From a virus (lineage: Duplodnaviria; Caudoviricetes), in IMG/VR virus record IMGVR_UViG_3300009152_000158, positions 1-29,017 of that record: 29,017 bases of DNA; one strand, 5' to 3'. The position numbers and the translations under genes are program-made. This document shows, in pieces, positions 15,845 through 23,041 of this stretch. How positions within the stretch are numbered: the first letter of the stretch is position 1; the number at the start of each line of letters is the position of its first letter. The notes below the pieces were generated by a model. It ran no database searches and was not told the origin of the DNA. It worked only from the letters and a program-made list of their open reading frames with translations.

Positions 15845-17155
15845 ATGAATATTGAAAAATCTTTATGGTCTAGTCATGGCGATAACATCACCTTATCCGT
15901 TCCTTTTACAAAGGTTAATCGTGAAAAGAGAACTGTTTCGGGTTTTGCTACCCTAGACAATGTTGATCAAACTGGTGATGTAGTAACATCAGAAGCAAGC
16001 CTTGGAGCATTTGAAAATTTCCGTGGCAACATACGTGAGATGCATGGATCAAATGCAGTTGGCAAGATGGTTTCCTTTAGACCAGAAGCATACTATGATG
16101 CAAAAAGCGGAGAATTTTACAATGGAGTTTATGTAGACGCTTACATATCAAAGGGATCACAAGATACTTGGGAAAAAGTTTTAGATGGTACATTAACTGG
16201 ATTTTCAATTGGCGGAAAAATTATTGATTCAGAGAATGAAGTAAACAAGTCCACTGGACAACCAGTTAGATTTATTAAACAATATGCGCTTATGGAGTTG
16301 TCAGTCGTTGACTCTCCAGCAAATGAACTTTGTAACATTTTGTCTATTCAAAAAATGAATGGTCAGTTAATGTTTAAGGGAATAGCTGCAGAGACAGTAA
16401 CAGAAAATATTTTTTACTGTGAAGAAAGCGACTCCGTTTTTATGTCATCGGAGAAATCCTACGACTCACCAGTAACTGGAAAACCAGCAGTTCTAATTGG
16501 ATGGGTAGAAAGCAAAGACATAAACAAAGCAAAAGAAATAGAAAAGATTCTTGCTTCATTTAAGAAGTCAAGATTTACGTTGCCTGAAATACAAACAATT
16601 GCAAAACAGGCAAACGCAGAAGGAGGTAATGAAGTGTCAGATAACACAGAAACAGTAGCAGTCGAAGAGACTGCTCCAGTAGAAGTTTCAGCTCCTGCAG
16701 AAGATGTAGTAGTTGAAGAAACTGTTACAGAAGATGTAGTAGCAGATGCTTCTGCCGAAACCGTTGAAAAAGCATCAAACGTCTCAGAGGTCGTTGTTGA
16801 TGAACCTGATTTTGCAAAAATGTTAGGTGATTTAAAAGGCTTTTTCTCAGATACTCTAAGCAAGGCTTCAGAAGTAAATGCTGCACAGGTATCAACTATT
16901 AAAGAAACAGTTGAAACTTTCAGCAAGAGCGTAGAAGCGCAAATCTCAGAGTTGGCAGACAAACACACAGAGCTCAGCAAAACAGTTGAGAATATCAAGA
17001 ACACGATTGATACTGTAGAAAAGCGTGTCGACGCAGTAGAATCAGAGACTGCAATCAAGAAGTCCTCAGACCTTGGCGGGTCACAGGATGTAGTAATAAC
17101 AAAATCAAAATGGAACGGTTCTTTCCTCGGTTCCGTAAACGAACTATTTAAGTAA
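15845..17155 (+). CDS. Prohead (maturation) protease with C-terminal scaffold region (start ATG 15845 rather than TTG 15809)
   Basis: HK97-type protease motifs RTVSGFAT.D.VDQTGD, IREMH, TGFSIGG and ELSVVDSPAN, followed by an acidic linker and coiled coil. Confidence 0.88.
   Translation: MNIEKSLWSSHGDNITLSVPFTKVNREKRTVSGFATLDNVDQTGDVVTSEASLGAFENFRGNIREMHGSNAVGKMVSFRPEAYYDAKSGEFYNGVYVDAYISKGSQDTWEKVLDGTLTGFSIGGKIIDSENEVNKSTGQPVRFIKQYALMELSVVDSPANELCNILSIQKMNGQLMFKGIAAETVTENIFYCEESDSVFMSSEKSYDSPVTGKPAVLIGWVESKDINKAKEIEKILASFKKSRFTLPEIQTIAKQANAEGGNEVSDNTETVAVEETAPVEVSAPAEDVVVEETVTEDVVADASAETVEKASNVSEVVVDEPDFAKMLGDLKGFFSDTLSKASEVNAAQVSTIKETVETFSKSVEAQISELADKHTELSKTVENIKNTIDTVEKRVDAVESETAIKKSSDLGGSQDVVITKSKWNGSFLGSVNELFK
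16634..17155 (+). CDS. Putative nested in-frame scaffolding protein (173 aa)
   Basis: Perfect SD AGGAGGT at 16621-16627, 6 nt before in-frame GTG 16634, at the start of the acidic/coiled-coil region. Confidence 0.6.
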   Translation: MSDNTETVAVEETAPVEVSAPAEDVVVEETVTEDVVADASAETVEKASNVSEVVVDEPDFAKMLGDLKGFFSDTLSKASEVNAAQVSTIKETVETFSKSVEAQISELADKHTELSKTVENIKNTIDTVEKRVDAVESETAIKKSSDLGGSQDVVITKSKWNGSFLGSVNELFK

Positions 17156-17175
17156 AGGGTAGGTGAAATAATATA

Positions 17176-18228
17176 ATGAGCAATGAATTATTAGAAAAGG
17201 CTATAGCTGCTGATACAACAGCTACAGGTACATTTGCTTCAAACCCTGGAGGTACAGGAATTCACCGTGCATCAGAAGATGGCAACGGAGGATTACTTAA
17301 TCCAGAACAATCAGCCCGATTCCTAGACTACATGTTCGACGCTACCGTAATTGGTAAGGTCGCACGTACAGTCCGCATGAAATCGGATACAACTGAAATT
17401 GACCGCATGGGAGTAGGCGAAAAGCTTATGAAACTTGCGACAGAAGGAGATAATGCTAACAGTGGAAACGCTGCAGTAACATTCTCAAAGATTTCTTTGT
17501 CAACAAAGAAGTTACGTCTAGACTGGGAACTATCAACAGAGTCTTTAGAAGACAACATTGAAGGCGCAGACCTAGAAGATCACATTGCCCGCTTGATGGC
17601 AACACAAGCAGGTAACGATATTGAAGATGTAGTCCTAAACGGAGATACATCACTATCATCAGATCAGCTTTACAAGGCATTTGATGGTGTAGTAAAGAAG
17701 GCTAAGGCAAACGCTCACGTAGTTGACGCTGGTGGAGCTGCAATTTCTCGTGCTGTATTTAACAGCGCATTGAAGTCGCTTCCACGTAAGTACAAGCAAC
17801 GTCGTACAGACCTTCGCTTCCTAGCAGGATCAAACCTGATTCAGGATTACTTATACTCAACATCACAAAACATTCAGAACGTTAACCCACAAGATATTGC
17901 TTCTGGCATTATCCGTGGTGAGGTTGCGCCTGTTTCAGGTCCAGCAGGATATGTAGCTCCATACGCATTTGGTATTCCAATCGTTGAAGTTCCACTCCTA
18001 AACGAGACACAGAACGGTACATACTCAGCAGCATCAGGTTCACACGGTGACGTACACTTGACATTCCCAAATAACGTAGTTATTGGTATCAAGCGTGACG
18101 TAACTGTTTACCGATTCTTCTGGCCAAAGAAGGACTCAATCGAGTACACAATGTATACTCGTGTTGGTGTTCAAATTGAGCAAGCAGACGCTTGGGTAGT
18201 TGTAAAGAACGTTAAGATTGCTTCCTAA
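17176..18228 (+). CDS. Major capsid protein (HK97 fold)
   Basis: Position after the protease; motifs GGLLNPEQS.RF, ELSTESLEDNIEG, GNDIEDVVLNGD and FGIPIVEVP; highly biased codon usage. Confidence 0.92.
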   Translation: MSNELLEKAIAADTTATGTFASNPGGTGIHRASEDGNGGLLNPEQSARFLDYMFDATVIGKVARTVRMKSDTTEIDRMGVGEKLMKLATEGDNANSGNAAVTFSKISLSTKKLRLDWELSTESLEDNIEGADLEDHIARLMATQAGNDIEDVVLNGDTSLSSDQLYKAFDGVVKKAKANAHVVDAGGAAISRAVFNSALKSLPRKYKQRRTDLRFLAGSNLIQDYLYSTSQNIQNVNPQDIASGIIRGEVAPVSGPAGYVAPYAFGIPIVEVPLLNETQNGTYSAASGSHGDVHLTFPNNVVIGIKRDVTVYRFFWPKKDSIEYTMYTRVGVQIEQADAWVVVKNVKIAS

Positions 18229-18247
18229 TTAGGAATTAATCCAAATA

Positions 18248-18282
18248 GAGGCCCCCAATTAATTTTGGGGGCTTCTCATTTT
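18248..18282 (+). terminator. Intrinsic terminator after capsid gene
   Basis: GAGGCCCCCAA-loop-TTGGGGGCTTC followed by TCATTTT. Confidence 0.75.
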
Positions 18283-18292
18283 AATTTAGTAA

Positions 18293-18301
18293 TGATATAA
18301 T
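18293..18301 (+). promoter_or_regulatory. Extended -10 promoter
   Basis: TGATATAAT, followed by SD AAGGAG before ATG 18328. Confidence 0.6.
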
Positions 18302-18327
18302 TAAACAACCTAGACTAAGGAGAATAT

Positions 18328-18723
18328 ATGTCATTTGAGACATTAAAATTAGCTGAGATTAAGAAGATCGCCGAAGACTTTGGCGTAGATATAAACAGCC
18401 TTAAGAGCAAGACAGATATAATTGCAGCACTATCTGAAGAAGGAGTAAGCTGGTCAGTTTATTCTAAAACAATAAAAGATTTAGATGATGCAAAAGAAGA
18501 AATTGAAGTTTTGCCAAGATTTGATCCTAAAAAAGTTCAAGATAAAGATATGGTTCTGGTTAGAATGACTAGAGCAAACTTTAGATACGACACAATGGGA
18601 TTTACATTTACAAATGATCACCCTTTTGTAGCAATGTCTGAAGAGGCAGCACAAGAAATTTTTGATAAGGAGGAGGGTTTTAGATTAGCCACACCAAAGG
18701 AAGCACAAGACTTCTATAACTAA
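18328..18723 (+). CDS. Hypothetical head-associated protein with Rho-N/HeH-like N-terminal helical motif
   Basis: FETLKLAEIKKIAEDFGVDINSLKSKTDIIAAL; located directly after the MCP gene. Confidence 0.65.
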   Translation: MSFETLKLAEIKKIAEDFGVDINSLKSKTDIIAALSEEGVSWSVYSKTIKDLDDAKEEIEVLPRFDPKKVQDKDMVLVRMTRANFRYDTMGFTFTNDHPFVAMSEEAAQEIFDKEEGFRLATPKEAQDFYN

Positions 18724-18737
18724 TTTAAACCTTTAAT

Positions 18738-19724
18738 ATGGCAGAGATACACATAAATACAAACTCGTCGGTATCCACTAAGATTATATACGGAGGAGAA
18801 ATTGTTAATGCAGACGGAGACCTTGTAACGGCAACCGTTTACGACATAACAGAAGACCCTACACTAGAGATCCCTGTAAACCCACAAACTCCTTTATTTT
18901 CCTCACAGACCATAAAAATAGAAAACGATAACGGTTCATATAAATTAAATATCCCTTATCATCAAACATCAAGATTAAAAAATTTAAAGGTTAGATGGAC
19001 ATATGGCATTAATGGAACGGCACAGGAACATTTTTCTACCGTAGATATTATTCAACCATACTGTTCTTTAGCAGAAGCAATAGAAGATTTAAATTTTGGA
19101 ACAGACCCATCTGATCCAAATTATAAAACATATCATGACCTAGTCATGGCAGAAAAATATGCAAGAAAAACAATTGATAATTTTACTGGACAAAAATTTT
19201 CTTTATATGATGACGTCTATATAGTTTATGGATCAGGATCGGATGTTCTTCCTTTGCCATATAAATTAAATACATTACATGAGCTTTATTCTAACGACAT
19301 ACTGCTTATAAGTAACCCAGAAGAAATAAATAATTGGGGAAGAAATGTACGTATATCAGAAACTGGTTTTGGATTAAGAGTAAACAGAGCAGACGTCATA
19401 GATAATAGTGTATATTCTGCAAACGGAATGGTGCCTCCAAGCATTAATGATATTGGTAATGGTTCATTTGTAAAAGATTATACATATCGTGTCCAAGGAA
19501 GATTTGGATGGAGCTCTGTTCCAGATGAAGTTGAGCAAGCATGCATACAATTAATGGGACACTTTTTTGACAAAGATAGAATCTGGAAAGATCAGTATAT
19601 AAAAAATATATCTACTTTTGACTGGAAATTTGAATATAATCAAGATGTAAATATTGGCACAGGATGCGCCTATGCAGACAAATTGCTAGCTCCATATGTT
19701 TTAAATCAAATGGTTGTGATATAA
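18738..19724 (+). CDS. Head-tail adaptor / head completion protein
   Basis: Motifs YCSLAE, A...IDNFTGQKF and GRFGWSSVPDEVEQACIQL; synteny. Confidence 0.75.
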   Translation: MAEIHINTNSSVSTKIIYGGEIVNADGDLVTATVYDITEDPTLEIPVNPQTPLFSSQTIKIENDNGSYKLNIPYHQTSRLKNLKVRWTYGINGTAQEHFSTVDIIQPYCSLAEAIEDLNFGTDPSDPNYKTYHDLVMAEKYARKTIDNFTGQKFSLYDDVYIVYGSGSDVLPLPYKLNTLHELYSNDILLISNPEEINNWGRNVRISETGFGLRVNRADVIDNSVYSANGMVPPSINDIGNGSFVKDYTYRVQGRFGWSSVPDEVEQACIQLMGHFFDKDRIWKDQYIKNISTFDWKFEYNQDVNIGTGCAYADKLLAPYVLNQMVVI

Positions 19725-20153
19725 GTGTATTCCCTCATAGACTCAATATTGTCTATGAAGATGGACGTTTATAGGCAGACGGACAGGCAGAACCCAGATA
19801 CTGGAGCGATAGAAAAAGAGTGGAACTATTATAAAACTGTAGACTGCCATGCAAAAGGAATGATAACAAATTCATCTTCAATCAGATCGAGTGACAATCA
19901 AACATTTAATAATAAATATTCTAATGAGCAAAACATACAGGTTAGAACTTCAGAGCGCATAACCTCAAGAGAAAAAATTACAAATATTAGAGATAGCAAA
20001 AATAATGTTATCTGGACAGAAATAAATTTCCCAACAGAAACTCCTACGGTTTTTGAAGTGGTGGGCACGACACCAATAACCGATCCATTTGGAACAATAA
20101 TAGGATACAACTCAGCGGTAAAAAGATCGGAGAATCAGCAAATTGGCCTCTAG
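19725..20153 (+). CDS. Putative head-closure (stopper) protein
   Basis: Synteny, size and beta-rich pattern (MDVYRQ...DTGAIEKEW). Confidence 0.6.
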   Translation: MYSLIDSILSMKMDVYRQTDRQNPDTGAIEKEWNYYKTVDCHAKGMITNSSSIRSSDNQTFNNKYSNEQNIQVRTSERITSREKITNIRDSKNNVIWTEINFPTETPTVFEVVGTTPITDPFGTIIGYNSAVKRSENQQIGL

Positions 20154-20931
20154 CGTAGCATTACTACAAGCAGCCTCTGGTCTTGAAAGGCTGATGGTTG
20201 GACAATCCCAAAACGCCTTAATAAAAGATAGCAATGTTGCACAGATATCTGCAGCCTTGTATTACGAGGCAAATGTTATTGCTAAATTTAATAAAAGCAA
20301 GAAGTTTAAAAAAGCATTTAAACAAACTATTTTTACTCAAATAAATAAAGATTTTGGAGAGCATATAGACGCCCAAGCTAGGTCAAAGCCAAAGTCATTA
20401 CATCATGTGTATGAGTGGAAAAAGGTGGGAAACAAAACAGCTAGACTTTTTAAATTAAGATCAATAGACGGAGAAGGCATTTCATTTAAAATAGATTATG
20501 ACCTACAGCCATCTAAATCATTTGTTCCTTCTCCAAAAAACAGAAGAAAGCATGTCTTTATTAATAAAGCCTCTATCATGGAAGCTGGGATGCCTCTAAT
20601 AATTGCTCCACGCCATTCTGAGAGACTTGTATTCGAATCTAATGGTATGACAGTCTTTATGCCCAAAGGGGCTACAGTGACCGTTAAAAGGCCTGGAGGG
20701 CCTGGTGTCAAAAATCAATTTAGATTATATTACTCTAGATTCTTTAGCGGTAATTTAGTTAATAATTCAATTAAAAAATCTGGATTTCAAAGACTATTTA
20801 ATTCAGAAATTACAAAGGCTTTAATGATCCCATCAACAATTAAAAGAGTCCAATACTCTTTTTCCCCTAACTCAATTAGAGGTATGGCGGACTCAGCAGT
20901 AGAATCTTCATTTGGAGGGTCAATGATATGA
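20143..20931 (+). CDS. Putative neck / tail completion protein
   Basis: Basic protein located between the stopper and the tail terminator; synteny only. Confidence 0.55.
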   Translation: MASSVALLQAASGLERLMVGQSQNALIKDSNVAQISAALYYEANVIAKFNKSKKFKKAFKQTIFTQINKDFGEHIDAQARSKPKSLHHVYEWKKVGNKTARLFKLRSIDGEGISFKIDYDLQPSKSFVPSPKNRRKHVFINKASIMEAGMPLIIAPRHSERLVFESNGMTVFMPKGATVTVKRPGGPGVKNQFRLYYSRFFSGNLVNNSIKKSGFQRLFNSEITKALMIPSTIKRVQYSFSPNSIRGMADSAVESSFGGSMI

Positions 20932-21440
20932 CAGCAAATTATAAATTAGACGTTATGTTTGAAATCAGAAAATACCTATGGGACAATCTGGTAAATTATA
21001 AAATTTTTGATGAAGATGACTATTACAGCGATAACCTAGGTCAGAACATAATACCCATAATCCCAGTCCAGCAGTCGGCTGAAATGAATCATTTTTTAAG
21101 CGGAAAAAAACATGTAGTGTATGACAAGGTAGGTTTATCCTACGAAGACAATTGGCTGATATGCTGCGAGCAAATTTTATTTACAGCATACGCAACAGAC
21201 GTACAAGACATATCAGAAATTAGAAACGTAATGACCGACCTATTTAGAAGGATGGACGACTCAGCAAAAGACATAAATAGGTCTGGACTAGTAAATGATA
21301 AATTTAAATTTCATAGCGTACACATAGCAGACATATCCCCTACGGCCCCATCCGAAGAAATACAGGGTTTCTTGTCATCAGATATTACCCTAGAGGTTAA
21401 ATATTCAAGAATAACAGACAAAGATGGCAGATTCTTATAG
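20928..21440 (+). CDS. Putative tail terminator protein
   Basis: Acidic 170-aa protein immediately before the tail tube gene; ATGA overlap. Confidence 0.6.
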   Translation: MTANYKLDVMFEIRKYLWDNLVNYKIFDEDDYYSDNLGQNIIPIIPVQQSAEMNHFLSGKKHVVYDKVGLSYEDNWLICCEQILFTAYATDVQDISEIRNVMTDLFRRMDDSAKDINRSGLVNDKFKFHSVHIADISPTAPSEEIQGFLSSDITLEVKYSRITDKDGRFL

Positions 21441-21441
21441 A

Positions 21442-21470
21442 TTGCTTTATATTCCAATATCCCGTATGAT
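21442..21470 (+). promoter_or_regulatory. Sigma70/SigA-type promoter of tail tube gene
   Basis: TTGCTT-N17-TATGAT; SD AGGAGG at 21535-21540. Confidence 0.6.
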
Positions 21471-21550
21471 TGGGTAAGAGGAAAGAAGCCTAGCCAGCTT
21501 TGGTATTAAAATATATATATATAGTTTAAAACACAGGAGGTAGTAAAAAC

Positions 21551-22270
21551 ATGGCACAAGTACAAGGTAATGCTAAAAATATTCTTGTTGGTGCGTCCCC
21601 ACTGTTTCTTACAGTAGACGACTCAACAGTAACAGGTTATGTTGACAATATGGAGCCAGGAACCGCTAAAGCGGGAACTGCACTAGTTGGTCAAGCAACA
21701 ACTGGACCATCTACAAAGGTACCAGCATATTCAACATCAGCATCATACACAACAACATTAAATACATTAGATACTAATGCAAACGGTGGAGAGGCTGCAG
21801 CAGCTTATCGTAACGTAGGTTTTACAAATAACGGTCTTCAGATCACTTATAACCCAACATACGATTCAGTAACTGTAGATCAGCTACTTGATACAGCTAA
21901 GCTGTTCAAGTCTGCGATGGAAGTTATGATTGCAACAGAAATGTCAGAAGGCACACTAGAAAATACTCTAGTTGTATTCGGACAGAAGAAGTCAACACTA
22001 TCTGCGGGAACTCTCGGTCTTGCAGGTGGAGCACTAGGTGAAGCTCCAACAGAGCGTCAATTAATTGCAGTTGGACAAGCTCCAACCACAACCTCACCAA
22101 ATTCAGAGCGTGTATACTATGCACGTCGTGTTCTTTCTGTTCAACAGTCACAGTTCTCTTTGGCTCGTACAACAGCAACAACATTCCCTGTAACCTTCCG
22201 TCTGCTCCCAGACGCAAGTTACAGCGGTTCAGAATACGGTAAGATTATTGACCGCACATGGACAGCATAA
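21551..22270 (+). CDS. Major tail (tube) protein
   Basis: Motifs NILVGA, VGFTNNGLQITY.P...VTVDQL, EGTLEN and FPVTFRLLP; followed by a terminator and chaperone genes. Confidence 0.88.
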   Translation: MAQVQGNAKNILVGASPLFLTVDDSTVTGYVDNMEPGTAKAGTALVGQATTGPSTKVPAYSTSASYTTTLNTLDTNANGGEAAAAYRNVGFTNNGLQITYNPTYDSVTVDQLLDTAKLFKSAMEVMIATEMSEGTLENTLVVFGQKKSTLSAGTLGLAGGALGEAPTERQLIAVGQAPTTTSPNSERVYYARRVLSVQQSQFSLARTTATTFPVTFRLLPDASYSGSEYGKIIDRTWTA

Positions 22271-22287
22271 TTTAATTTATTAAATTA

Positions 22288-22319
22288 GAAAGGCCCCCAG
22301 AAATGGGGGCTTTTCATTT
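22288..22319 (+). terminator. Intrinsic terminator after tail tube gene
   Basis: GAAAGGCCCCCA-GAAA-TGGGGGCTTTTC-ATTT, with the same core stem as 18248. Confidence 0.8.
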
Positions 22320-22337
22320 GTGGTGATAAGAGCTATA

Positions 22338-22346
22338 TGTTATAAT
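22338..22346 (+). promoter_or_regulatory. Extended -10 promoter
   Basis: TGTTATAAT with TTGTGG 17 nt upstream of the hexamer; SD AGGAGG before TTG 22373. Confidence 0.6.
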
Positions 22347-22372
22347 AATTAAGACAATCCTAGGAGGATAAA

Positions 22373-22705
22373 TTGGCTACAACAGTATACAATGTAGAAG
22401 AAATTGAACTACAAAATGGTTCAAAGGTTAAACTAAAGCCGTTAAGCATTAAGGCTTTGCGCTTATTTATGGCAGAAATTCAAAAGACACAATCGGCAGA
22501 AAACGAAGACGAAACATTAACAATTCTAATTAACGCATGTGGAATTGCAATACAGTCACAGTTGCCAGACTTAGTAGCAGATAAAGATGCTTTAGAAGAT
22601 GCTTTGGATATGCCAACAATCAACCGCATTCTTGATGTTTGCGGAGGAATTAAACTTGACGACCCAAACCTTCTAGCGGCAGCGGTTCTGGCTGGTCAGA
22701 ACTAG
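22373..22705 (+). CDS. Tail assembly chaperone (lambda G-like)
   Basis: Located between the tail tube and TMP genes, with a strong SD and a slippery site near the 3' end. Confidence 0.85.
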   Translation: MATTVYNVEEIELQNGSKVKLKPLSIKALRLFMAEIQKTQSAENEDETLTILINACGIAIQSQLPDLVADKDALEDALDMPTINRILDVCGGIKLDDPNLLAAAVLAGQN

Positions 22706-22716
22706 ATTTAGCCGCT
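22663..22716 (+). other. Programmed -1 ribosomal frameshift signal C CCA AAC plus downstream stem-loop
   Basis: In-phase X XXY YYZ heptamer at 22663-22669. The -1 frame is open from 22660. Stems AGCGGC/GCCGCT and GTTCTG/CAGAAC follow a 5-nt spacer. Confidence 0.8.
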
Positions 22717-23031
22717 TTGCTTGGGGAAGTTTTTCTTTTAGGTAATTGGAAAAATTACGAAGAACTAGAAGAAAGCCTTTCAATGCCAGAGTTAATACAA
22801 ACGTTTAAGTCTATGCAAAAAACAGAAGAAGAAAAAAGAAAGTTTTTAGCTTCTCTGCAAGGCGTAGACCTAGGCACAGAAGAAAAAAAAGAAGGTCCTA
22901 CCTTCGAAGATATACAAAGAAGAGCTTTAGGAATAGAAACATCCTCAGACGATGTTGTTTCTTTACAAGGCCCACTTGCAGAAGAGCAAGGATTTGGTAT
23001 CGGAGCTGGTTTGGGATATATAAAGGGGTAA
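22669..23031 (+). CDS. Tail assembly chaperone -1 frame extension (G-T fusion, about 219 aa in total)
   Basis: The -1 frame reads PSSGSGSGWSELDLAALLGEVFLLGNW... The annotated TTG 22717 has no SD. Confidence 0.8.
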   Translation, partial: PSSGSGSGWSELDLAALLGEVFLLGNWKNYEELEESLSMPELIQTFKSMQKTEEEKRKFLASLQGVDLGTEEKKEGPTFEDIQRRALGIETSSDDVVSLQGPLAEEQGFGIGAGLGYIKG

Positions 23032-23041
23032 AATATAGTTA

